Below are positions 1 through 10,682 of a stretch of DNA of 64,000 nucleotides, in pieces (the first letter of the stretch is position 1; every line of letters starts with the position of its first letter). Source of the DNA: Gracilinanus agilis (taxonomy: Eukaryota); the NCBI RefSeq assembly GCF_016433145.1, contig NC_058133.1, forward strand, positions 112,060,184-112,124,183. The letters are read 5' to 3'. The translations under genes and the position numbers were made by a program. The notes under the pieces were generated by a model. The model saw nothing but the letters and a program-made list of their open reading frames with translations, searched no databases and was not told the origin of the DNA.

Positions 1-133
1 CAAGGATGTGAGTTGGCAGTAGGAAGAAAGCTGTCAAAATGAGGGACAGTAAAAGAGTTGTGGGGAGAGGAAGAGAGGAAGAAAAAAAAGAGGGAGAGAG
101 ACTAGGAAAGGGAGGAGAGGGAAGAGAGAGGAG

Positions 134-138
<5 letters not shown>

Positions 139-198
<60 letters not shown>
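139..198. repeat. (AG)n microsatellite, ~30 units
   Basis: Direct reading; source of the RE/SL-repeat ORFs at 34-255. Confidence 0.97.
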
Positions 199-203
<5 letters not shown>

Positions 204-1518
204 AGAAATGCCAAGTTGACTGGTTTCTAGTTTTTTGACTCATTCTTGCCCTCAACCATTTTTAAAAGATAAAAACATTTGCCTTTTTCCAATTATTAGT
301 GAATAACCATACATTTGTTGAATATATACTTTTTCAGTCTGTATACACTTTCTCTGAAATCTAGTGAGTAAAAAACCTAAGGGTAACATATCACAGCCCT
401 AAAATGAGATCTTGTTGAAAGGGAAAAAAATAGAAAACCATTAAGAAATACTAAAGATCAATTTCAAGATAGCCATCATTTAGACCAATATAGCGCTGGG
501 CGCTATAGGGAATTCAAAGAGGTTTAAGATATTGTCCCTGCATTTAATAAATTTGCAAGCCCACTTTCTGGAAAATAATAGTTCATGATTCTAAAAGAGC
601 ACTCTTTAAATACCTTGGGATGAATGTCATCATTTCCCATTCATCTCAAATGTTTCCTTTATTTCTTTCAGAATTTTAATTTGACTTTTTCATCTTCCAT
701 TGCAACCAGGATTTGTTTTGGTCAACCACTCCCAGTATAGCATATTGGATAGAGTGAGTACAGCATCCACCAGCAGAAAACCTAGATTAAAATTTTGCCT
801 CAGCTGCTTACTTTGTACATGATCATGGGCACAACTCGACTACTAAATAAGGATAAAATGCTTGTTTTCTAGAGTTGTAATAAGGACAATGTTTTGTGAA
901 CAATAAAATGGTATAAAAATAGCTGGTACTCTAAACATTTTTGTTCTTTTAAATAAATTTAAATTTAAATAAATACACTTAATATTTTCTAAGCACTGTG
1001 CTAAACACAAGGGATACAAATATCAAAGCAAAAGCAGTCTCTACCCTCAAGGAGCTTACATTCAAATAGAGACAACACACATAGTAGAATGGTGGCATGG
1101 GGCAGGGACTTCCGTTCCTAATGTTACAGGGATAGTGGCCAGGATGAGAGACCCTAAATAAATATTTGTTTATATATATATATATATAACCAAATTAAAC
1201 CATTTGGGGGAAGGGCAAGGAGAAGATACACAGCAGTTGCTGGTGAGGCTGCCCAAAAGACGGCCTGTGAATAGGGAGTGAAATGAAGCATGGCTGGAAT
1301 CTTCCTAAAATAGTGGGCCAGGTGAGGTTGTCACCAGTCAGAACATCAGGAACTCCAAGACTGAAATTCTGGAGATAAGAAGGTTAAAACCTCCAGGGCA
1401 TGGTTTCTAGTCTAGGCAATGAGATAGCTAGCTGTCCAGACTGTTGAGAAGATGGCTGGAAGTGAAATGTGTGCGACATGGATAGGGTAATGTGTTTTAT
1501 TAATGAACATGTATTTTT

Positions 1519-1711
1519 GTTTGTTTGTTTTTTTTAAACCCTTAACTTCTGTGTATTGGCTCCTTGGTGGAAGAGTGGTAAGGGTGGGCAATGGGGGTCA
1601 AGTGACTTGCCCAGGGTCACACAGCTAGGAAGTGTCTGAGGCCAGGTTTGAACCTAGGACCTCCCATCTCTAGGCCTGACTCTCAATCCACTGAGCTACC
1701 CAGCTGCCCCA
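1519..1711 (-). mobile_element. Young SINE1_Mdo-type SINE
   Basis: tRNA-like head (GGGGCAGCTGGGTAGCTCAGTGGATTGAGAG, GGTTCAAAC B-box), A-rich tail; perfect 14-bp TSD GAACATGTATTTTT (1505-18/1712-25). Confidence 0.92.
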
Positions 1712-2717
1712 GAACATGTATTTTTCACCCATTAAAAATGACAAAACTGAGGTCACATTTGAATCCAGGATCTCTTGTCTCCAGACCTGCCACTTTATCC
1801 ACTGAGCCACCTAGCTTCCCTTCTTGCACTGATTTTGACATATTCATGGAAACACCTATTGAATTTGGAACATTTAAAGTGACATGTTGCCTTATTACAT
1901 TAAATAAATGCCTTTCTCAAAAATCAAGGAAAAAATGTCAAAAAATAGGATTCTTAGTCACAGACAAATTTAGAAAGGTCCTTTTGTAACTTCTTCTGCT
2001 TTGCTTAATTTAGAAGCCAAACACTGGTACCACCAAACAGGCAAGATTCCAGGGCTTCATCTGGAATTGAAATCCCACAGTCAGAAGAAAGTAATGTTCC
2101 ATTTTCTTTAAAGCAGGGAACAATCGCACCTGCAAACAGCAGTTATCATCTAATGGTGAAGTCTAAATTGTAAGGTGAGATATTCCTAGGCCTCCCAAAT
2201 AGTTATCAATGATTGATCTAAGAAAAAAACATCTTCTGACATTCTACCTTCAGCTATAGAGTTCCTGAGGACTGATTTTTAAGAGAGTATCTTTTGTCAG
2301 AAAACAACATACTAAACCAACATTTAAACACAATTTGCAGCAGTTTTAAAAGGGCTTTGTCCTTTGTCACAGTCCCTTCATATTCTTTGTATAATGAGTC
2401 AGCAAAGCTTTTTTTTTAACCCTTACCTTATCTTTAAATCAATATGTGTACTGATTCCGAGGCAGTAGAGTAGTAAGGGCTCTGACATGGGAGTTAATTG
2501 ACTTGCCCAGAGTCACACAGTCTGGGCTCAGATTTGAACCCAGGATCTCCCATCTCTAGGCCTAGTTCTCAATCCACTGAGCCACCTAGCTGCTCTCCCC
2601 CCAACCCAAAGCTATGCTTTTAAACAAAAATATTTTTTCAACTCTATCTCCCTTCCTTGTTGGATTTCAAGGAAATATATTTTGGGGATATTTCAAACAA
2701 TTCTAAGAGATCTAAGA

Positions 2718-3000
2718 TTTTTTTTTTTAGACTAGGTCTCCCTACCTGTCTCAGGCTGAAAACTCATTGGGCTGATCCAACTGGGATGGGCATAGGGACT
2801 TTGACCTGCTCCATTCCTGACTTGGACCAGTTTGACCCTCCTTAGACAGTCTGGTGCCCTCCCATTTGTGAGCCCTTAACCTATCGGTGCTGGACTTAGG
2901 GTGGACACCTGATCAGCTTTAGCCCCCAGCAGTGGGGAACTCCCTGGACTCAAGTGATCTAAAGAGCACAGCCTCCTAAGAAGTAGAGATTACAGGCTGC
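2718..3000 (-). pseudogene. 7SL (SRP) RNA retrocopy with poly(A) tail
   Basis: Reverse complement follows 7SL throughout: GCCTGTAATC..GGAGGCTG..GATCACTTGAGTCCAGG..GGTGTCC..CTAAG..CTAAGGAGGG..CCAAGTCAGGAATGGAGCAGGTCAAA..CAGCCTG..GAGACC..A11. Many substitutions, so non-functional. Confidence 0.85.
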
Positions 3001-4354
3001 TGTCTCATCTCACTGAAACAGGTATATGCCCCAACTCATAGAATCTCTTGCTATGAGGGAAAAGTATAACTATTTGAGATATAAAATCTACAGAAGATCT
3101 CAAGCTTACAGCTTTCAAGTAGGAGTCACAGCAATGTTTTAAGTATGGTGGTTCCTAGTCTTTGGTTATGCATTTAAAAAAGGGAAGAGACTAGATATCT
3201 GAAGTCCAGCAGATAATAGCAGAGGCAACTCAGAGAAGAGATCCCATCCTTTGAAATGCTCCATCCTAATGCTTACTACTTGATTCACTTTCTTGTTATT
3301 ATCTTGTGACTCATCTAGCTCAGAGATTCCTAAGATGGAGGTTTGGAATTATTTTTTGGGCTAGAGAGGGACCCACTTGGATATGAGGAAACCAGGTGTG
3401 ACTGAGGAGTGATGGTAGGAAGCTACATACTGAATCTTTTTATTTTTAAAATTGTGTCACTATCAATCAATTAATTCCCATTTCAGAACCCTTACCACTC
3501 TACTGCCTTGATTAAAATTTGCTAACTCCACCTAGCTAGGTCCATTAAACATCTTAAGGTCTATTATTCAGTCTGAAACTGCTAGTCTGAGATTCCCTTC
3601 AAATGGTTTCTCATGGGAACAAGGACAAGCTTTGGGGTCTCCATCTTTCAAGCTGACAAAACTTGGGGGTCTACAGATCCCACATTGCTACAAGTTTGTG
3701 GTTTCTAGATTCCACGTTGATAATAGCTATAATAAAAACTAGCACATATATAGTACCTACTATGTTCTAGCTGGGTTAAATACTTTATGATTATCACCTC
3801 ATTTGCTATTGTTATTCCCATTTTACAAATGAGAAAACTGAGGCAAGCAACAGTTAAGTGACTTGCTCAGGGTCATGCAATTAATAAGAATCCAAGGCCA
3901 GATTTGAAATCGGGTCTTCCTGTCTCAAATCCTGTCATTCTATCCACTGTACTGACTAGGTTTTTATTTGTATTTGTATCCCCAATGCTTAGTGCAGTGC
4001 CTGGCATATATTAGATGCTTATTGTTTATTGACTGATAGAAAGACCACAAGACTAGTGAAAACAAAACAATGGAAAGCTGTGATGTGATAAATGGCAGAG
4101 ATAATGCTTAAGCTGGAGAGAAGAGAGGCAATACCCAGAAGAGAATGGTAGAGGGCAGTACAACGACATCACTGGAAGGGTGAGTTGCCCCTACCATAGC
4201 TGCCTACTAGTCACCTATCCCCATGCATAAACTTTGGCCACATGGATTTAATGTGTTTGTCTAGGCATATATTTCCCTTAGATACCTGTACTCCCTCTGG
4301 GTATTCCACAGAGGCACACTCCATGACAGAATGTTGTCCTGTGTGTGTGCCTAC

Positions 4355-4394
4355 CCTTTTGGAAGCCCTGATGATTTCTAGAAGAGTGTACTCC
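4355..4394 (-). CDS. Candidate 40-nt exon 5 of minus-strand gene (EYTLLEIIRASKR)
   Basis: Acceptor tctctctcatacag, donor AGG|GTAGGC, phase 2-0, continues the frame. Confidence 0.4.
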
Positions 4395-4687
4395 CTGTAT
4401 GAGAGAGACTTTTCTCATCACTTCTTCACTTTGTTATTTATAAATTTTTTTTGTATTAAACTAATGTGTTCTCAAGTGACTAATAAAACCAAATACATTG
4501 GTGAGGGCTCATAAGCTACAGTTTTGACCAGATGCTAAATTACAAAGTACTTCCAATCTACAGTAGCTTTTCTGGCCACCCCTGGGAAAGAAATTCCACA
4601 ATTGGAAGATAATTGTTTTGGTTTCAGGTTTTGTACCTTGTAAATGTTACCTTCTCTTAATTGATTTAAACTTTATCAGTTGTTTAC

Positions 4688-4732
4688 CTCAGAATATGAA
4701 TGAATTTATCAGATCTTTCCCTAAGAAAAGTT
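4688..4732 (-). CDS. Candidate 45-nt exon 4 of minus-strand gene (TFLRERSDKFIHILR)
   Basis: Strong acceptor tttcctttcctcttttcag, donor GAG|GTAAAC; only the phase 2-2 frame is stop-free. Confidence 0.4.
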
Positions 4733-6153
4733 CTGAAAAGAGGAAAGGAAATCCACAAGGAAGTCCTGAACAAGAAAACTGCATCCTTCCCAATTTTGAT
4801 TAGAATTACCCTGGTTATGTGTACAGATACATTATAAAATATTTTAGTTTCTGATACCAAAATATATTTCAATTCTAAAGGCTATAATATCATATAATTT
4901 GATCCTTTCAATACTTGGTAAAAGTATCAAATTATTTAAGAAAGTAATACATACAATGACAATTATAAAAGAGAATTCTTGGTTCTCTTTGCCTACTTGG
5001 AGTTAACACTTTGGTTGGCAATAACTCTGAATCAACACAAGCTTGAACTAGGTGGGAGAAGCTTGAAAACCACTTAGTGAATTCACACCCTACCTAGTGT
5101 TAGGTGAGAAGCCAAATACTTGGAGAGTTCCACTCTTTTTCTCCAAACTCAAACAGCCAGAAACTTTTGAAGAGTTCACATACCCAGAAAGGTGTGAATC
5201 CAAAGGTGACAACTCAGACAATTTGGAAATTGTGATTGGCCCCCATGAAAAGGGGCAGGGACAGGAAACTACCATAAAAGCCATTAAAATCCCTGAGCAG
5301 TCTGGTGAAGGAGGCTAGTAGAGAGTGAACTCCAAGAAGAAAGTCACTCCAAGAAGGACGTTGGCTTCAAGAATGGTCTCAGGGTGATTTTAACCTATCA
5401 TGACCTATAAAGTTTAAAACTGCCCTAAGACTTATGACAAAAAATGCTACTTACCTCCAGAGAATGAACTATTTGAATCAAAATGCAGATCAAAGCATAT
5501 GATTTTTTCATATTTTTTCACTTTAGTTTATTTGGGTTTTTATTTGGGGGTTTTGGCTTTATATTATTATTCTCTTTCAAAAATTAAAAATATGGAGATA
5601 TGTTTTGCATGATAATACATGTATAAGCCAGTTCGTGTTCCTTGCCAGTTCTGGAAAGAGGTGGGGAGAAAATTTGGGTCATATAACTTTGGAAAACCTA
5701 TGTAGAAATGTATTACATGTAATTGATAAAACATTTTTACCAAAAAAAAAAAAAAAAAAAAGACTGTCGTAAGGATACTCTGTATATCTCTTTTGTACCC
5801 AGTTGTTTATATATGTGTATATATATATAGTTCCTCCATTAGAATGTGAGACCTTGACAGCAGGAATTGTCTTTTGCATTTTTTGGTATTCCCAAAGTCC
5901 TCAGCACAGTGCTTGACACATAGTAGGCATTTAATAAATTCTTGATAACTTGATCTAATGACTCAGAATGAGAAGGCTGGTGTGATTTACAGTAACATTA
6001 CACTGATCCATAGAAATATTAATCTGCAATTTAAGCCCTATGAGAAAATGTTTTAGTCAGCTGTCCTAAGAAAATATAAACACTAATTAATTGTTTTCCT
6101 TTAACTTTAAAACAAATAATTTTTGTTCTAGTAACAAATACAATAGTTCTTAC

Positions 6154-6178
6154 TGCTCATCATGTATTACTAGTCTAC
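6154..6178 (-). CDS. Candidate 25-nt exon 3 of minus-strand gene (GRLVIHDEQ)
   Basis: Acceptor gtctcttcttaag, donor GTAAGA, phase 1-2, open only in the required frame context. Confidence 0.35.
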
Positions 6179-6366
6179 CTTAAGAAGAGACTAAAAGTGA
6201 AACAAAGGCTCCATCAATCAATAAACAAAGGCTGAGGATAAAATAAAAGAAGCAAAAGACAATCCCTGCCCTCAAAGAACTTACAATCTAATAGGAGGGA
6301 CAACATGAAAGCAATTAAGTTTCTGGAGAGGGGGATACCTATGATAGGATCACTGTGCCCTGTCAC

Positions 6367-6668
6367 CTCCACCAGGAGGATGTAACCTTAAAAATTAGTA
6401 TCTAATATCTCCAAGTATTATATTTAATAAGATTTATTAATAATAACTTGAAGTAAAGGAAAATAAAAAGCTAGAGTAAAGAGGGAGCTAACTCAGCCAC
6501 AGTGGTGAGAGAAGAGTGAGAAAAAGTGGGGATACAGCCAACTTATTCATCAAACGTGAGGATGCAACGTGGATGAAGGGAAAAGGATTCTGAGAGATGA
6601 AGTCCAAGGGTTCAAGAAGGATAAAGCCAGTGTACAGTAAGACCTTGTGGTGTACTTGGCTATGCAAC
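6367..6668 (-). CDS. Candidate exon 2 of minus-strand gene, interrupted by TG...CA element 6381-6536
   Basis: Acceptor tgtgcttcctacag; 132 nt open in the phase left by exon 1 (WLHSQVHHKVLLYTGFILLEPLDFISQNPFPFIHVASSRLMNKL). Removing 6381-6536 joins in frame to APPGG and donor GAG|GTGACA. Confidence 0.35.
6381..6536 (-). mobile_element. Short TG...CA LTR-derived remnant
   Basis: First ~100 nt align to the 30632 and 53752 LTRs (tgtaa..aaaattagtatctaata..ccaagtattatattt..); no TSD. Confidence 0.6.
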
Positions 6669-7489
6669 CTGTAGGAAGCACATTACAATGTGATATTCTA
6701 AGGTGAGACTTTACTGCAAGGACTTTAGTATCTGCGGCATTTCCATATGAATTACTGAACCAAAGCAAAGTTTTTTATAAGAAACTGTGGATCTATATAC
6801 AGAGTGTAGGACCTCTTTTTGTTTTTAAATATGTAATACATTTAAAATGTAGCCTTCAAAGCTATCCTGCTGGTCTATGATTCCTTCTGGATTTCTTTCT
6901 ATTAACTTTCCTTTTTGAGGAGCTTTCCTATTCTCTCACCTCCCTCCTACCCTAATGAAAAATGTTCATTTTGTTTAGTGTTTGCTAAATTCCAAACAAA
7001 ATTAAGTGAAGCAGTGGGAATGCATGACCTCTGAGGTCCATTCTACTGCTAGAATATGCTCCTATACTTCTCTGAAAAAATACAGAAACATGTCATCATA
7101 CAAAGAATATGAAAGGCAACTGAACAGAAATTTTGACCTGTTTTGTGGTTTAGTTAATATTTCAAATTTAACATAGTAGATCTAACAATCTAACACTTTT
7201 TGGCTTTACTATATCTCTTGAACATCTTTTGGCTCTCATCTATTGATTCTTTAATCATGTGTAGATATTCTTTTCTTTTTTGATAACAAATTGCACAAAT
7301 GCATACCCACGTTGGCCCTATCTAAAGATGTATGTCATTCTGCACCTTGGGTTCACTGCATATTCTGCAGATGAGGAAACTGAAGCCCAGGGAGGGAAAG
7401 TGACTTGACCAAGGTAAGTATGTAGTTGGATTTCAACTTCTGACTCCAGAGCCAGTGCTCTATTAAATTCATGACATAGAGATATTGAT

Positions 7490-7550
7490 AAATGGATGGA
7501 TGGATGGATGGATGGGTGGGTGGGTGGTTAGATGGATGGAAACATGGGTA
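7490..7550. repeat. (TGGA)n/(TGGG)n tetranucleotide repeat
   Basis: Direct reading. Confidence 0.9.
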
Positions 7551-7787
7551 GATGAATAGATAAATGAAGTTACATGGATAGATGGATAGAGACAGAAATA
7601 GATGCATGTATACATACATATATACATATATACAGAGATAAATAAGTAGATTGACAGACTAATGTTTGGCCATTAGCAATAAATATATATTTTTAATTTA
7701 TATAATGTATTACATATATATTAATATATTATTTTATTTTATTTATTTATATTTATTATTGCTACTCAGTAATAAAGGCTACCTTAC

Positions 7788-7882
7788 CATTTGCTGAGGG
7801 AATTTTGGATGTCTTCAAGAAATCTGGTCGAAGTTGTAAGTAGCTCAGTGCCTCTGTATCTCTGGGTCGCCCTCCTGTTCAT
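7788..7882 (-). CDS. Candidate first coding exon of an unrecognised minus-strand gene (MNRRATQRYRGTELLTTSTRFLEDIQNSLSK..)
   Basis: ATG with A at -3 and an in-frame stop upstream; strong donor ATG|GTAAGG; locally CpG-enriched; X-box just upstream. No homolog recognised. Confidence 0.45.
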
Positions 7883-7893
7883 TATGTAGTCTG

Positions 7894-7907
7894 GTTGCGT
7901 TGGCAAC
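7894..7907. promoter_or_regulatory. RFX X-box-like palindrome GTTGCGTTGGCAAC
   Basis: One mismatch to the GTYRCC-N2-RGYAAC consensus (minus strand GTTGCC-AA-CGCAAC); about 11 nt upstream of the candidate minus-strand ATG. Confidence 0.55.
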
Positions 7908-10484
7908 TGAGATTATCTACAACAGCTCTGCCCTCTAGAGGATAAAGAGCAGTACGGGCAGGAGCTAAGTAGCTTCCCTAAATGCTTCATTTCAGGCAAG
8001 GCCCCCTTCTCTTTGCCCACAGAAACGTGCTGAGATCTTTCTCGGGCGCAGGCAGTTCTGTCCCGTATAGAGGAGCCCTCCCTGAGATCACTCAGTTGTC
8101 AGTGCAGGACCTGGGGACTAGCTGAATCCCCAACAAAAGGACTGCTGGATCTCTCCGCTTGTGCTGAGCCTCTGTGCCCCATTTAAATTCCTTTCTTGTT
8201 GGCACCATAGTGTAGAGCTTCTGCAAGGTGCCCACCTCTATGGAAGATCCACAGAACATACAATCAAGTGCATGACTAAATGTTCTCCTGGGAGGTTAAT
8301 AATTCCCTTTTTTTAATGGATGATAGAACTTGGAGCTCATGAACAATAACACCACAAAGAAACAAAAACATGCTTTATCTCTTGCTGTTGTCACCCTGAC
8401 TGATTGTTAACTTTGGGTAAAATGTCACACCTGACCAAATGATCAGGATTAAAAGAAAATGGAGTTTTTGAGAAACTGAAGGAAAAAAAAATAGTGTGTC
8501 AGGAAAGAAGAAACAAACTAAAAACAGAAGCCACAGCCCTTCTGACAACGAGACAGTTAATAACAGCCTTTCACACATCCGGGCCTTAATAAATTGAATT
8601 TAATAACTGAATATAATTGAATTAAATACTACAAGAATAGTATACTGAGCGGTTGTTTAAAAGCTTTATTAGTCTTGCCCAGTGAAACCTCCCAGCTTTC
8701 TTTGAAGAGAGTTAAGGCATTAGAATCTTTAATGTTCTTTTTAGACAAAAGAAAACTGGCATGCAGATGGGAAGTAAATTGAATTATGTCATCTATAAGG
8801 CAGAGGAGATGAGATGAGAACCCTGGAAGAAATTGGAATTGGAACCTATTTTCAGATTGTGTATTAATGTCACTGACTCCTCTCCATGCATGGAATACAC
8901 TTCTTCACTCCTACCTCATATAAACCAATTCTTTTGAAATTCAGCTCAGGCACGAGCTTCTGTGAAAGCTTTTTTCTGAACCCCACAGCTGTTTAGTGCC
9001 TTCCTCACGCTAAATTCCCTTGTATTAATTTTGCTTATATTTTCTATTTGCCTATATGGGTATGTACTGTTTCCCCTGAAACTCCTTGAGAACAGGGGTT
9101 ATTTACTTTTTTTCTTTGAATTCCCAAGGCTTATCATAGTGCCTAATAAATAGGGAGTAGATATGTAAGACATTCTTGTTGATAGACTCAAAATACTCCA
9201 TTTTCTTTGTAAACTGAGACGACAGCCCTAATTTTATATAGCTCTAAGGGTTTTTTTTTTTAACTTTCAGAAATGTCAAGAGAAAAGAAACATTTCATGA
9301 ATATTTGTGCTTTCAAATTTTGTAAGTGAACATTTTTAAAGTTCCATTTGGATATTCCCTCTGCCAGCACAGATTCCAATCCCTCTACCTGTTAGTAGAT
9401 GTTCAATCCTCCTCCCTCTCTTTTCAGTTTCCTTTTGTATATGATAGTTTCCCATTAAGCTCCAGGGTCTATTTTTCTTTTTCTTAGCTGTATCCCCAGG
9501 ACTTAACATAGTACCTGGCATGTAGTAGGTCCTTAATAAATATTTGTTGACTGATCTATGATCACATAGCTAAGTAAAAAGTGAACATGAGGTCTCCTAA
9601 CTGCAAGTCCAACTGGTTGTTGGGTTTTTTTGTTGTTTTTTCAGGACTACAGATGCCTCATTTGCGGGTGTATAACCGTTTAAGTGACTTGCCCTGAGTC
9701 ACACAGATAAGGCAGCAGTTCTAGGATTAGAAACTAGCTCCCCTGCCTCTAGGTCCCTTTATCTTTTCATTGCAGAGAGTCCTCACTTTATATAAGTGGA
9801 TCATTCTATGGATCTCTACATAAATCGATTTTTATGTAAAGAAAATTTGCCCTTACCTACCTACCACTTCACTTAACCTATATAGCAAAAGTATATAAAA
9901 ATAATATTTTATGCAAATATACCAAAATGCTGACATATAGAAATATCATACTTTGACAATAAATAGAATTATGAAATCAAAAGTCAAGTTAATGATAAAG
10001 TATGTGTAGTACTATACAGTAACGCTCACATACATGTGTAGTATATTACCTCTGCTCCATTCACTGTACCTACTAGTTGACTACACAACTTTTTTTACAA
10101 AATTATTAAGAGATGTTAAGATAGTATCTCTTTTCTTCCCCTCGTATATCTGCATATAAAAATCTTGAAGCATTTGGATCTGTTTTTTTTTTTTTCAGTA
10201 CAAGAAAAACTTCACCCAAATGATGAAATGCTTCTGCCAACTGATTTGTTGCAAACTTTGTGGTTTGACTTCTGGGTTTAAAGCTTTCCATTCTTATGAA
10301 TCTTTGAAGCTAACAACTCCATCAGATCTTCATTCAGAATCTTCATTCAGATTTCTTTCATTATTCTTTACATGAAGTCAAATTTGTATAATGTGAATTT
10401 ATATACAGCAAGAACTGTCTGTATTCCACATTGCCTCTCAAGAAAGGCATTTTTGGACAAGAATAGCTTAAAAGCTGACCTGTT

Positions 10485-10682
10485 GGGGCTGCAAAGTGGC
10501 TCAGTGAATTGAGAACCAGGTCTGAAAATGGGAGGTCCTCGGTTTAAATCAGGCCTCAGACACTTCTTGCTGTGTGACCCTGGACATGTCACTCAAATGC
10601 CATTGACTAACCTTTGCCACATCTTTGCCTTGGAACCATTACATAGTACTGATTCTAAGACAGAAGGTAAGGGTTTAAAAAA
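10485..10682 (+). mobile_element. SINE1_Mdo-related SINE (long-tail variant)
   Basis: Same head, tail ...CAGAAGGTAAGGGTTT(A)n; ~15-bp TSD AAAAGCTGACCTGTT/AAAAACTGACCTGTT. Confidence 0.85.

Noticed and set aside
34-255. ORFs with RE/SL repeats
   Set aside because: Translation of the (AG)n microsatellite.
709-2091. Plus-strand exon-like pieces (~710-753 and ~2014-2090) as possible 3' exons of an upstream RCA gene (CR1/CR2/C4BP)
   Set aside because: Translations show no convincing CCP, transmembrane, cytoplasmic-tail or oligomerisation-domain similarity.
2130-3329. Further minus-strand exon-like segments 3277-3329 (GISELDESQDNNKKVNQV) and 2130-2162 (TSPLDDNCCLQ) with good splice sites
   Set aside because: The first needs a phase-1 entry but the candidate gene leaves phase 0 at 4355, and no bridging exon was found. 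Not included in the model, though worth checking with RNA-seq.
5451-5470. Strong minus-strand donor (GAG|GTAAGT)
   Set aside because: Lies within an L1 3' UTR remnant (same motif as ~12835); no matching acceptor or open exon.
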